In this document: positions 25,601 to 40,445 of the stretch, piece by piece
How positions within the stretch are numbered: the stretch's first letter is position 1
How the letters are laid out: the number at the start of each line of letters is the position of its first letter
Assembly: GCA_964035545.1 (NCBI GenBank)
Contig: OZ037767.1
Span: 31,078,628-31,142,627 of the forward strand
Direction: 5' to 3'
From: Bugula neritina
Lineage: Eukaryota; Animalia; Bryozoa
Length of the DNA: 64,000 nt
Translations under genes and position numbers: made by a program
Notes under the pieces: generated by a model
What the model saw: the letters and a program-made list of their open reading frames with translations, nothing else
Database searches by the model: none
Told to the model about the DNA's origin: nothing

Positions 25601-28600
25601 ATTAAACAGGTTGTGTAAAAGCAAAAAGGATGTGAAAACTTGCTAGCATGTATAGCTTCAGTTCCATCCGAAATACAAAGACTAAAAATATTTTTTACTG
25701 CGAACAAAGACAAAAACCAAATGAATAGGTAAACTCCAATGCTGCAGCAGCTAACAATTGAAAACTAAGATGAATAAAAACTACACACAGGAAATTTAAA
25801 TGCTAGCTAAACACAATATTACATTGCAAGATTTACTGCGTTGTATTGTGCCCCTGTGTAACCATACAATTTAAATATTTAGCGTCTAAAATTTTATGAT
25901 TTGCATCTTTAGACATTCTAATCTTTATAGATGCTATGCATATAATAAGCCTAAATGAGGTATCAGAATGAAATAGCATAAATGGTAATGTTATATTTCA
26001 TATTTTAATTTTTGCTTTTCAAGCTTTATCAGAAGATGCATATATAATGTGCATCTAAGGAATTTATTTACATATTCTAATAAGAATTGATCACTTGTGC
26101 TACAAGGTTGAAGCTGCCTTCTTTTGGCTAGGGACAGCTTACATACACTGAAAGCTAGGAAACTGTATATACATGTTTAGATATTCTCTAGAGAACTAAA
26201 TTCTCAGTAAAGCATGAGGAAGTCTTACAATAAGGAATAAACCTATATGGATAAAATATTGCTATGTTTCTGTACGTAGTTTTAATATATACCTAATAAG
26301 TTTATTTCAATTTCTTTAATTTAATTTTACCATTCTTTTTACTGTTTGATGTATTATGGAACATGCAGATATTTAATGCAAACAAATTCTGTAGAGGAAT
26401 CGATATAAGAATAATATGCATGGATTTTTTGGACATTTTATATATACAACAGCTTATTTTAGCTGATTTACTATGTGCTATAATATAACTTTGTGGAAAG
26501 GTAGGTTGTTTATATCTTTGGGTACATTTCTTCTTAGTTGCATGGTGTCCGCCTTTCGTTATTTAGTCTGAAGGACCTTAATGTTATATATTAATCAACA
26601 TGTTCCACAAATGAAACTTAAAAGTTGCTAATTATGATGTTGAGAAATTCTTTGATTGATTCTTTTCAACTAACTCACTAAAATTAAAAAGTAGATTTTC
26701 AGTGTATGCAGGCCTACAATAATTACTTTATAATTATAACTATGCTACAAGGGCAAACTTTTCAATCCTCTTAATGAACATGATTTCATTTCTGTTACTC
26801 TCAAAAATTTTACTGTTTTTGTTCATGTATGTATGATTTTATAAACCATAAATTAAAGTCATTTATTTTTAGTTTTATCAGGCTGCAAAATTTATGACTT
26901 GTATGAAAATTGCTAACATGGTACACAAGAGTTGTTATTCCGTGTTTATAAACTAGTTGAAGTATTGCAACAGCGACACCATTATATTATTTTTTCACCT
27001 TCATTATATCCGCTTAGTAACCTAATATTTTAACTATTGATTAGCATAATACTATTTATGTTGATATTTTAACAATTTATTAAATTAGTCATTAAAGTTT
27101 AGACACATAATTATTAGTGATTTTAATTTGAACAATAAGCACTCGCACTGATGCTAAAGTTTGTCTGTTTTCATGATATTCACCATATTTGCTCTCATTT
27201 TTATTATATTTCTTATTTGATTTAATTTAAGTTTTAGCATCTATAAAGTTAAACTATATCAATCTGAGTATAAAAAATAATTTAAGTTATTACTTACACC
27301 AAGTCTAACATTTACTCTTAGTCTTACACTTACAGTTAGAATTACAATTACTATGACCATTACTATGAGTATGAGTTTATGTCATTTACATTAAGTTCAA
27401 CTTTAATAATAAGGTTGCAGTTATATCATTAATAAATTTAATAATATTATTTATTTTAATAGTTTAAATATAAAATAATTTTTTTACACTTATACTCATA
27501 GTGAGTCATTAATTGTTTATCATAGTCATTAGTGATACTGATTACTGATAAATCATTATTTTTATAATTGTTTAATAGTTTTAAATTTATGCCATATGAT
27601 GAAATTTATGTGCCCGTTGCATGTCATTACCGAACTCAGTCAATCTTAGTGTGTCTGTTTTGGTGTGAAGATAATACTTGAACTAAATTAAACAATAAAA
27701 CAAACCATATAAGTTTAACCTGAGTTGAGGTCATCTAGTCAACTTTTACCCTGAGTATTAAAACTACAGTAGCTGTAAGTTAAAAAATGTAACTGCACAT
27801 TTAGGATTTAGATTCAGTCAAAAGTCAACTTAGTTAATATTAATTAGAAATATGAATAAAAAAATCAAAAAAATTTTAAGCATTGGAACTCTCTGATCTT
27901 AGACTACTTCTAAAGTTTAATGCACCCAAACGCAATGCTTTTTACTCTGGTGCTTTATAAATACAGATTATGTTTGAATTAGGGTTTGCTAATAACAATT
28001 GTATAGGTTATGTCTATTAACATTAAAATATATGCCAACACAAATTGTCTAGCTATTTATGGGGCAGCAGTATTAAAAGAGGAACTTTACACACGCAATA
28101 GATAATTGTTTGCAGCATTCTTAATTTATAAAATGATACAGCATAGTTACGCAGTGATAAATACTGAGTCATACAATTAGTTTTTTTATTGCTGATTTCA
28201 TGCTTGCTGATTTCATGCTTGCTGATTTCATGCTTGCTGATAAGGGTTGTCTTATCAGTAATAGTTTAGATCAAGTCAATATTTGCTGAAGCCAAAGCTG
28301 GTATCCAAGTAATTTGTTGTTATCAGGTGACCTTTTATTGCTAGCAGGTGTTACCTAAATACAAGACATGAAAACATTAAGAGTCTTTACCCAAAAACAC
28401 TATGCACTCACTTAACAATAAGTTGTATACGTAAAATGTTATTACAGATTGTAGTTTTGTGCATGGGACTTTAACTTAATTTTGAATCAATGTTAGTAAT
28501 GTTTCAAGTAATTCATAGGCTGCAGAGCATAACTATAGTGTAGAAGGAAGTACGTATGTATGTCAGCTTTAACAGGAAAAGTTCCACAATCAATATTTAC

Positions 28601-28745
28601 ATTGTTTATGCTGATAACTGGGAGTTGTCTTACTTGCACCCTGATTATTAGATATTACATATTATATAACCCACTACTTAGTGCTGATTTCACAAGATGG
28701 ATAAAGCGATTGATAGATATTATGTTTATTTGTTGTGCAATAATA

Positions 28746-28804
<59 letters not shown>

Positions 28805-29256
28805 ACAGTATACACACATATATATAGTTATACTGTGGATGCTTACCTGAGCTTTAGAAATGGATATGTTTTTAAACTTAACCAACTTTTTATGATTTTA
28901 AAAGCTGCAATAATTATAAACAATGATGTTATGCTAGTATTTTTCAAGTGTTGATAGAATTTTCAACTCTATCATACTATTATTAGTTGGTAATTACTAT
29001 TATTAGTTGGTAATTACTATTATTAGTTGGTAGTTACTATTATTAGTTACTAGATATTGTTAATATTAGCTAATTATCAGGACAACTTTTTGTTGTTAAA
29101 CTTTCACAATCAACTAATTAGAGTCTCAATAAAGTCAATAAACCCAGCGATACTTACTCTTAGTTTGTTCACCTTAAAGTAACCCCAAACCCTTCTATTT
29201 CAGCCAGTAGTAATATGAGTCACAGAGGCAGCAGCCTTCAGGTGTATTCTTTTCTG

Positions 29257-29269
29257 TGCTGAGTCAGCA
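29257..29269. promoter_or_regulatory. Palindromic Maf recognition element (T-MARE) just upstream of NADK exon 1a
   Basis: TGCTGAGTCAGCA, an exact match to the T-MARE consensus. Confidence 0.45.
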
Positions 29270-29307
29270 ACTAACAGAGTTAGCAGCTAACAGAGTCAGC
29301 AACTAAC

Positions 29308-32300
29308 ATGGCTGACAGTGACTCGTGTGACAAGATGCTGCCGGATGACTCAACTGCTGCCCAATCGGTGGACATGAGGAAACCTAGTGGCATTCATAGA
29401 AGAAGGGATGCTGACAGACAGGGGTATGTTGATTGTTATAGCATTTAATACTTTTTATTACAAGTTGTATCAAAATGCTTGTCCATTGACAGTTTATTAT
29501 GGATATAATAGTATTTTATGTTGAACAGCTTGATATCCTACTTACTGTCCAACATAATACATGGTTAGTGTTAGTATTGGAGTGGGTTATTTCCATAGTC
29601 AGCACTCTACAAAGTGTTTACCCTTTATGATTACCAGCTATTTTATTTTACTCTTTAAGCAATAATCAATATTCTCTATATAAGAATTTATTTTGTTTAG
29701 ACTAATTTAGTTATTTATTTTGTATAGATTAATTTATTTTGTTTACACTGATTTATTAAGTGTGTACTAGTATATTTTGTAATATTATATTAATTTATTG
29801 TGTATCTATATTGCTACTTCCTCTAAGCTTCAAGTCATGCTAAGCGTGTGATGTGTTTAGAAGGCCTCAGTAATTCAGTGAGATAGGCTACTCAATAATT
29901 ACATCACAAGTATATAACTACCTGGTCAAATATCTCTAGAAAACAAGTGGACTGTGAAGTAATGTTTTCTCATGTAAATTAAGACTAACGTGTGATTCTA
30001 CAATAACGTCACAACTTATTGACTCTGCTCAATGCATATATTAATATAATATGTTGTGTTAATCACTCTATACACATGTTGATTATGTTGTTACGTTGAA
30101 ATAGTTAGAGTCTCATCCAAATATAACTGCAGAATCCTTCTTGCAAAACACTCTATTTTGGCAAACATTAAGTTGTGATAATCAACAGGAGATGGTGTAA
30201 CTTCTTTGCTTTTAAACAAAACACTCTGTCGTAGCTGATAGTGAGGCTTTGCTATCTATTTATACTACTATAACACAATGCTCTACTGAAGTTGTCTTTC
30301 TCTTGCAACTTGTATACTTGGAAAACTGTAATGTTTAGTTGTGTTTTGCAACCACCTAGCTACTTGCAATATTTGTTATATGATTAATATATGTGATAGG
30401 TCTGTTTGCCTGACTTTGTTCCTGTTGATTACATACGTGGTCACAGCTGGTAGACTAAGTTCCAACTTCTTCCTGGATTTCCTTTTTGTTGAATTTCCTT
30501 TTAGGGATTCTGTAGTCTTCCAAGTTTTCTAAACTTCCTGCAAACCTCTTTTGAGTCCATACACCTCCTATTTATATACCAACTGGATGGCTATTTATAG
30601 CCACATCTTAGGTAGATACTATTTATAACCGGAAATAGGGGACAACAGGGGCAAAAGTCTGGGAAATAGACAGTTGGTTGTCAGCCAATAGACACGCGCG
30701 ACTCATCCTACCAAAATTTGGTCCAGCTGTTGCACGCTTCACTGAACACAGCCTGCATGTGCAGACGTATCGCTATCTGGAGCTGTATAAATATGAGGGT
30801 TGGTGGGAGTAGCAGTCAGTCTGTTCACCTTTCCTACCAGCACAAATCTCTAGTCTACCAAATAGTTTAACCTGATTTGATCAAAACAGTCATGTTGGAC
30901 GTTGCGTGGATTTTAGACAACTCAGATGCAACAGGTTAGCTGATAGAACGGTTTTATTACCTACTTCTTGTGTTGTGCAACGCCCCTTCTGGGTACAGTA
31001 GCAAAGTTCAATAGCACAGGTTCTTTAATTGTATTTGAATGTCATTTATGGTGTGAACTGAAAAGATAGCTTCTTTTGCAATATTTAATTTCCTCATCTA
31101 GAACACAGGCTTTTCCAATCTCTCCATCCCTAAGCCTAGCCTGTGACCCCTCATTTTGTCTGTAAAACTGTGAATTGTGTGCACACTGGCTTTCAAGCAA
31201 AATTTTCTGCTCCAGTTGAATTACACAATGACAATGTTCTAAAGTCTAAACATTAGGTTGAATAATTGTTATGGGTTTGGTGTTCATTGTATATGCATTT
31301 AGGTAGTGGCAGCTTTTAGCTCATGTGACACTTGAACGTTGGCTCACTTAGCCATAGGCACCAGCAGCTTCGTAACTTATAAATCAGGATTTTATTAGTC
31401 TGTGGTTTGTGACTCAGCAATGTGGGTGAAGTAGAGCAGCTACCAGTGTACAGTGGAGTATAGTTTCACTCAGTCTAACATTCAGTAACTGCTTGTCATA
31501 GTGACAGAGTGATACTCATAGTGATACTCATAGTGATAGTGTTAGGGAAATGATTGCAGAGGCGGTAGATGAAGATAATAATTACACCATTAGCCCTGGT
31601 CTACAGAGAAAACGGAGACTTCTCAGGTATGGCTAACTCCTTGCTCGTTACCTGCGCTAGTTACCTGCGCTCTTTACCTGCACTGGCTACCTGCTGAAAT
31701 ATTCCACCTGTACATAGTATAGTGAACTTAGTATTATAACAATATAGATGTAGGGCTAAGCTTGGTGAAGGGCTTATATCCATTCATCTTTTTAATGCAA
31801 TAATCTCCTTCTATTTAGTTGATTTATTGCAATTTTCTAGTTATATAAATAATCATTTACTAAGTTTTATTTGGAGTTGTTTAGTCTAGTCAAGTATGCG
31901 ATAGTCCACAACAAAAAGAAATACTGATTAAGTGAAAGTCTAACTAACTTCATTAGCCGGTCTCTTCTTAGCTCTCTCACAATCCTACAGTCTTTTAGTC
32001 TGGAAAAATCATTTTTTACATGAATTTGTAATCTACTTAACAGAAAACCACAAACCCTGCTCTATATTCTGCGACATATGCCCTAACTAGTTCTACTTCT
32101 ATTGCTCACAACTCACAGTGACTCTGCAACTTTGTACTTCCTAGTGCTGATTCTATTGTTTATTCAACTCTGGCTACAACATTTGGGCTACTTCAGCCCT
32201 TCCTGGTTGAGTGCTAACTTTGTGTTAATTAGTTGTGATCCTGTTGGAGAATTTAGTGATTATGTAAGATAGTATTGGATTGGTCCAGTGTTTACCTGGT

Positions 32301-35300
32301 GCATGATGACACTGTATACTGTATATATTAAACCAACTTTCATGGAGTATATATCCTGCACTACACCTTAGACCAGTGCATGCAGGATATTGCCCAGGGG
32401 TGACTTATTTCTCATCTATAGTCTTTCACCTGATCAATAACCTTATTATCCCCTCCTTGTTATCTCAACCCTGATCTAGTTGATACAAAGAAGCTTGTTG
32501 AGAGAAGTTACTTTTCAATGTTCAGTCAGTGTATTCCTTCTAGAATGTTCCACTCTGTAGAAACAGCACTTCCTCTTGACTGGGGAATATTATCATCTCA
32601 CCAGCTCTTGCCTAATCCCACAGCCTCTACTAACATTGCTGCTGTTCTTAAGCTAACATGTCTGTAGGCTTATAACTCATAGCCTCACAATCATAAGAAG
32701 CTTAGGGTAGAGTTTATACTAAACTGCCCTCCTATTTATGTTCATATAACATCCTCTACATACCCCGTGGTTACGTATTAACGTATAGAATCTTCATTCA
32801 ATTCAAACTCAACTGCAATGCAACGCTTAGAATTATCAGCTGGGTGTTTGCTTGCAACTGCTGGATTATATTATGTGTGCTATTTGCTAACCAAATGACG
32901 TGAAAAGAAATTAAAATTATTTCCAATCATCGTACTAGTATTGTAATCCTTCATATAGTAATAGATTCAGTGCAAAAATTATGAAATTGCATGATTTAGT
33001 AAGGATGTGAAATCACACATGACAGAAGTGAAATAGCATGGGGGTTGTTAGCAAGTGCATTTGATTCATGGTGCAAGGGTGGGCGGAGTTTTATAGCTGA
33101 AACTGGGAGGGATGGGAGGGGTTTGAAAGAGAAGGATTGGGGTGGAGTTTAAAAAGGATGTTAGGGGAGGAGTTTAGAATGGGGTTTAGGGGAGGAGTTT
33201 AGAAGGGAGGTTTGTGGGAGGAGTGTTGAAGGGAGGTTTGTGGGAGGAGTTTAGAAGAGAGGTTTGGGTGTTATTGTCAATATAACACTACTGATAGTTC
33301 ATTGTTTGTATTGTTGAGTTCTGAATACCCAACTTTAATCAATAATTTTATATTATCTGTATACAGTATGATGTTGACATTTAGTAGCAGGGCATGCTGA
33401 CTACTACTGCTGCTGCTGCTGCCACCAACGTAGTAAACATGTCTTAGTGAGGTGGTACTCACCCACAGTAACTTCTGGGTGTCAGTCACTGAGTAGTTAG
33501 TCGTTAGTTAATAGTGACTATGTCTTTTCTCACCTACCTCTATAACTTGTCCCCTTACAGGAAGAGTAAATCGCTATATGGAGTCAACCCGTCCACTCAG
33601 CTAGGTCCTAAGGCTGCACTGTGTCAGGATGCCACTCTGTGAGTATATAAAACATAGCCTTAGAGACTATAGTTACGTGCTATATAGAGCTCTTACTTAC
33701 TCTGTGCTTATTTTATGGTACTTAGTCTACTATATATCGTTGTATGTATCTAGACAAGAAAACTGCATGTTTAATATAAAACCTCTTTTAGCAAATCAAA
33801 TTAGAAACATTGTGTTCTAACAAGTAGCTGAAAGCATTTCATTTGTTTAGTGATATAGATGAAATGACATTAATAAACATGTGAGTATTTCTAGGTAATA
33901 ATTTGATTTCTAGGTCACTACTTTATTTTAGGGCATTACTTACTTTGTAGGTTGTAAGTTACTTTCTAGGTCAATAAATACTTTCTAGGTCAATAATTTA
34001 TTCCAGGTCAGCTGTGGACATAAGCTTCAACAGCTGCTGGCACGCCCTCTTAACTTACCAGTGTTATGTTTTTACTGTCAGGTTGGTATCATTGGCCAAC
34101 CTCATTGCACAGCGCAGATTCTAGTCTAACAACTAGGTCACTTTCCTTAGCAACAGTTTATTTACCTTGGCAACAGGTTTATGGAGTATTGGCCAGGGGC
34201 TAACTGCTAACTTCCTCTGTAGATGAATGTTCTATTCATTCTACACTAATTTTAACAAAGTCCTTCTAGTACCAAACCATACCTACTAGCACTAGTAGGC
34301 TACTTAATGCTAGGACTTATGCTGGTATCAGTAATACTTCCAGACTCTAATTAGTGTAAAGTTGGCTAACAGAAACTGTTTAATCAGTTATTTGATGATA
34401 AATTTACCTCTAAATCAAAAGAACATCTCCATTCCCAAAGAAGAAGGGCAGAGATGTGGTGCTAAATTGAGATTCTACTTTGTTCAGTTGCTGCGCGTAT
34501 CCGGATAAGTCGGGAGAGGGGGTGCTTTGTATCCTTTCACGGAAACCACTTCTGCTACCTTCTTGGCGACACACTAACATCTGTAGATGTAGTTGTTTCT
34601 ATAGTTTAGAGCTCATTGTGTTCTGCTTTCCTTTATCCTTCCATGTAGATTTACCTAATTACCTGATTACCTGTTTCATATTTGCAGCACGATTCAAGAC
34701 CCCTCGTCTCAGAAACTCAAGTGGTGTAAAGCCCCCATCAACGCTCTTGTAATTCGTAAACCGGGAGATCGCGAGGTGGACAAAGTGTACAAGGAGGTTA
34801 TTGAGTTGCTAGTCTCTGTAAGTTGATAACAAATAGTTTTATAATAATCAATAATAACCAATCAAATAACAATAAATCAATCAATGATTTTGATACCGTA
34901 CTTATGTTGTAGTTGCTCTAACTTAGGGGCTCTATCATATAAAATTCAACCCATTTCGCACAATATTAGATTCAATAAAAATGTGCAGCTTAGCAGGCTC
35001 TTTGATTGGAATTGTAATTTTGAAGAAAAACCTGAGATTGTATGTGGAAGAGAAAACTGTAGATGGCATGGAGTTATCTGCCCAATGTGTATCCATGTTG
35101 ACACAATATAATGGTGAGAAGGACAACTTGTCAGATAAAGTCGATTTTATAGTGACTCTCGGTGGAGATGGGACGCTTATACACGCCTCCTCCTTATTCC
35201 AGGTTAGCCTCCATGTCTCTCAGACTTCAAAATTTAAGGAGTTTTCGAGTTTACATTTGAGAAGTTGAAAATATGTATCATGCAATAACTCAGGTATTAT

Positions 35301-38300
35301 GAAATTCTTTTAAAAGTTGGTGAAATATATATTTTACTTGAGTAAACTAAGAATATATTAATAGTTTTATAAATTTATATGTTTCCAGAATAGCGTTCCT
35401 CCTATATTGGCATTCAACATGGGATCTCTTGGTTTCCTCACTCCATTTGATGTGGGTGGCATGGGCTCAGCTGTTGACAAGGCACTTGCAGGTTAGTGAC
35501 ACTAACCATGGTAACCACTTCAAGCACCTGTTTCTTGAGTCAATAAGGAAGTCACCTTTGCAAGTGTCAGATGTGAAATTATTATGTATGATATCATGTG
35601 TCACTGCCAGTTTGGAAATGGCACTTATTGACAATATGTCTGATGAGCTATGACAAGTAACAAGGTGCTCTATCAATTTTGACAAGTAGCTAGGTGCTTG
35701 CAAGGAAGAAGTTTTGCATATAAAGGAAGTATTTCTGTATGAAATGGTTATCTAAAATATCCGCTAAGTTGTCAGTGCGCCGTGTTTTACAGGGGAAATG
35801 TCCCTGACTCTTAGAACTAGGTTAAAGTGTGTGATTGGTCAGAAGAATGAAAGTGATTGTGTGCCACACATTAAAGATTTGGAAAATGGCCAAACGCACA
35901 AATCATCTCGTCTCGCGTCTCACAGTGTGAGTTTCATTGACTATATGTGCTATAATACATTGTTATACATATTCTATACATGCTATAACACATTGTTATA
36001 CATGTTATATACATGCTACAATACATTGTTATACGTCTTATATACATGCTATAGTGTATGGCTATATGTATTCTATACACGCTATAATACGATGTTCTGC
36101 ACATGCTATGTACTGTATTATATTATATTATAATACATACAAGACATATTCAATCTCTCTAGCAAGTGAATCTGGTTTCTAGTGTCAGACAGGATGTAGT
36201 CAAAGATTAGCTTCTGCAGATTAGTCTGTCCTGTGTAACGTGCATCCTGGGCTAAACAGGATGTTGTGAAACTCTTCTATGTACTATATTGGCGAATACT
36301 TTGCAGGTAGTGAATGAAGTAGTCATAGACCGAGGTCCATCTCCGTACTTGTGTCACATTGAGCTCTACGTTGACAGGAGACACATAACTTCAGTACAGG
36401 TCTGTAGGTTCCACAACTACACACTGCTATTGCCTCAAGTTACCGTACTTTACTTCATAATACTATGCATTACTGTACTTTACTTCATAATACTATGCAT
36501 TACTGTACATTACTTCGTAATATTATGCATTACTGTACTTTACTTCATAATACTATGTATTACTGTACATTACTGTACATTACTGTACATTACTGTACAT
36601 TACTGTACATTACTGTACATTACTGTACATTACTGTACATATTACTGTGCATTACTGTACATTACTGTACATTACTGTACATTACTGTACATATTATTGT
36701 ACATATTACTGTACATTACTGTACATCACTTCATAATACTATGCATTACTGTACTTTACTTTGTAGCACTATGTATTACTATGTACAACTTTCTTTCTTC
36801 AATTTCAACACTCATTGATCTTTGGCTAAGTTAAATTTTCTATTCCCACAATGGCTTATTCACGTTTAATAACATTTAAATTCTTGATTACAAACTAAAA
36901 AAACAACGTTCACCCAAAATTGGTGTTTTAAACATGGTTATCACAAAGGGCTACATGTACAGTTTCTCAACTAGTCATACTTTAATATTTATAAAACAAT
37001 TTACCAGATTACCTGTGAATTACCTGGTGACCTTACTAGTAAGTAATGCTATAGTAACTAGTTTCTCTAGTTCTATGAACCTGAGATGGTGACTTCTTTT
37101 AAACCTGCTCAAATACTTGTATTTATTTAAGATGTTTTCATAATTACTGCTGAAATACAAATATTATATCAAAATGACAAGCAAACTATCAACTGGCTGC
37201 AGATTGTAATTGGTTCTAAAATTACTTTTGTTTATAAACTGCTATCTTTATCTACTGCCTTTGTATCTGCATTTATGCAATTTAATTTTCACACCTGACC
37301 GACTTTTATCAGTCTATATACAAGCTGGAAGCATTGCTTTGTTGAACCTTATATAATATTTCAATAAACTCAGTTGTATGTATTTCATTCATTGTATTCA
37401 TTGCATTCATTTAGAATAATAGCCTGGCCAGTGAAAATGTATGACAGCTGCATGAAAATTCCTAATTGAAATTCCATAAAAATCCTTGCAAGGCATCAAC
37501 AATGATTTGCAAATAATCTATTCTATTGAACTGTATGACAATCCAAACAACTTCTCTAGGGTTTGTGATGTTAGCTTTGTATAGTTTCTTAGATTTCAAG
37601 AGATGCGAAAACAAGATTTCCATACTTTCATTGTGAATGCCTGGAAACTTGGTCAACTTAGTCGATACTCCCGTGAAGACTGGATGGGGGGGGGATAGGG
37701 TGGTGCCCTTACTGACTATGTAGCCTGAGTGCTCTCTGGCACAGAAACAATGTACAAATACTCCCCCCCCCCCCCCCCCCCCGTCTGCTGGAGTCACAGC
37801 GCCCCTAGTGAGTAGCTACACCCCTTCTTATACTGTCTATTGTAACTTCACAGGGTGATGGGCTGATAATCTCCACTCCAACAGGCAGCACGGCATACGC
37901 TGCAGCTGCCGGAGCTAGCATGATGCACCCGAGTGTGCCCGCAATACTTGTGGTACCAGTATGTGCACACAGCCTCTCTTTCAGACCCATAGTACTTCCT
38001 GCTGGAGTAGAAATCACCGTAAGTGCAGATTGTAATATGTTGAAAGTATGTATTCTACTGTGATTTACCTTCAATTAGCTTTGGGATGGAATCATTTGTT
38101 ATTTCTTGAGATAAAAAGCTGAATGACACTCATTCCTGTAAAGTATCAGCGCAAACAGCCATTTTATACAAGTTAGAATGTTTAGTGTAGAAAAAAGTGC
38201 TGCATGGCATTCTTTATCTTTGAAAACTTGACTGTATCCTTGTCGTGTGATAATGCACTGTTGAACAGATATCATGTGCCTCTCACTCTAACAGCATTGG

Positions 38301-39212
38301 ATCAGTTGGCTAGTTCTACTCGGCAGACTTGTATGCTACTAACTGAAGAAAATAGTTTTGTGATTGAAAGAGAATACAACTCCTGAGTTATACGCGCCAG
38401 TATAAATATTTACAAATTAATATATAATATTGTATATACCTGGCAAAATAATGTTTATAAATGGTAATCAGAGGCTTTGGGTGTGGTGTGATAACAGAGG
38501 TATGTGAAAGTTGTGAGAAATGTAAACTTTACGTCAGCAGACGACGGAGGTCAATATCCAGTATGTAAAGCAGCTGACAGTTGCAACAAGAATGTTGCTG
38601 TTACTAAATAAAGCGATTTGTTTGTCTCTCTGACAGATAATGGTGTCTCCTGACGCCAGGAACACGGCGTGGGCAGCATTTGACGGAAGATGTCGGACTG
38701 AGTTGAAACACGGAGACTCGCTTCGAATCACGACCAGCATCTACCCGCTGCCGTCACTCTGCAAACGGGGGCAGCTGGAGGATTGGTTTGGCAGGTGAGA
38801 CTAAGTTTGCTAGTTTACTTCTCTGTAGTGTGGGCCGTGTAACAGCCCTTCTTCCGGCTTTCAGGAATTGTCGTAATGCTCAACGAATTTTTGTTTCATT
38901 TTCATAATAGATTTACAATATTTTGTAGTATTGACATATATCATAATGTGTCCTATATTATATCATAATGTATGGGACCTATATTACAACATATATTATA
39001 CCATACCGTATCTTACATTGAAGGCACTATTTATAGAGTCATGTTATAGTCTGATAGTGTTGACAACTCCTTGTTATAGTTTGGCTGAGTGTCTAAACTG
39101 GAATGTGAGAAAGTCACAAAAAGCTTTAGACTTGGAGTTACATTCCAACACCACCACCACTAATAGTTCGGCTAGTCTGGACTCTCTAACAGATGAGCTT
39201 ACTCTAACGTAA
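29308..39212 (+). CDS. NADK: Cytosolic NAD kinase with alternative first coding exons
   Basis: First exons 29308-29423 or 31550-31626 (both phase 2) join exon 33561-33638 ([18 protein letters not shown], compare vertebrate RTRSLHGPCPVTTFGPKA). Later exons encode [61 protein letters not shown] and [11 protein letters not shown], ending at the stop at 39212. Confidence 0.95.
30568..30934 (+). promoter_or_regulatory. Internal NADK promoter with MEF2-like sites, CCAAT, E-box, TATA and a short first exon (1b)
   Basis: CTATTTATAG at 30591-30600, CTATTTATAA at 30619-30628, CCAAT near 30684, CAGCTG near 30724, TATAAAT at 30786, donor CAG|GTTAG after 30934. Confidence 0.45.
31409..31419 (+). promoter_or_regulatory. 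Antioxidant response element (ARE) upstream of NADK exon 1c
   Basis: GTGACTCAGCA matches RTGACnnnGCA and lies about 130 bp before ATG 31550. Confidence 0.45.
33077..33270 (+). repeat. G-rich degenerate repeat (GGGAGGAGTTTAGAA-like)
   Basis: Many GGG runs in a 190-bp stretch of NADK intron. Confidence 0.75.
36440..36790. repeat. 10-bp (TACTGTACAT) and 30-bp compound minisatellite in a NADK intron
   Basis: Directly visible, starting about 40 bp after the donor at 36399. Confidence 0.92.
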
Positions 39213-40445
39213 TTAGGCTTAGAACTGAGGTTATAACATGTGTATGTCACAGATCGTTAGCTGTTTTTATATAGTCTATTTTTGTTTAGCATAACAAAGG
39301 CTATTCTAAACTGCAGGCTGTAGTGCATCAGACACCTAAAATATTGGTTGAAATCCAATAGAAATTCTGGTTCAACACATTTATTACAACATACTCAGTC
39401 ACTGAAAAGCACTCACTATATGCAAATATTTTGTACCATATGACTACCCCCCCCCCCCTCTGTGCAAGGATATTTATAGGGAGAATTAAATGTAGCAAGT
39501 CATATCTGTTGACTCATGTGCATTACCCATAAACCCATACATATTACTCTGGTTCTACACTGTGCTACCGGCTTTATTGATATTTCAGAACTATTTTTAG
39601 ATCTTGTCTTTATTTTCTCCCCTTATGTCATCGCATTTTTCACTTTAGTCCTTTGATTTATTCGATTATATAATATTCTACATAAAGATTCTATATATTC
39701 TGTATATAAGTCATTCACCAAATACAACATTTCATTTCCACAATCTATGTTTATATTACACCATCTGTATAAATTTTATTTCATTACGGTGACACTCACT
39801 ACGCATGTTTTATTCCGAACATAAATACTGACTCATAGAGCTGTGCTGGGTTCAATAACTCACCTACAAACTTATGACATTTACCTAACAACGTTTGGCC
39901 ACAAGTGACATTGCTAGGTCAAAACTCCCAGTGGTCTACTCCTTCCCCCCAGTGAGATGGAAGTCTACATACCAACAGAAATTAAGGGATAACTCCAACC
40001 AAAAATAAACTTGTATTTCACTGAATTTAAACAAAGCATAATACAATTTCAACGACTGTAAAATCATCCTAATTAATACGATCACACTGTGATTACCACA
40101 TATAAATAAATATAAAATATTAGCAATACTAACGAAACAAAGTACTATGTATACACTAAACACATACACTATACACAATAAAAAGTATTCTACCATATTG
40201 TTCAGAAGATTAAGATTCACTAAAGAAAAAAAGGAATTACGTAGAAGGGCTAGGGTGCCCCCCCCCCACCACACTCGTTCCAATGTGTAAATCTCAGACT
40301 CTCCACTGGTATAAAACTGCAGACAGCTTCAACACAGCAAACTCTCTCAAAGTACGAATAACCAACAGATCAGTATTAAGAGAGAAAAGGTTGCACAAAA
40401 CTAACACAACTAGAAGCTAAAGTCACCTCACTAACGCGGAACTTG

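Noticed and set aside
34488-34521. Possible NADK cassette micro-exon ([11 protein letters not shown])
   Set aside because: It would enter in phase 2 but exit in phase 0 with a weak donor, breaking the frame.
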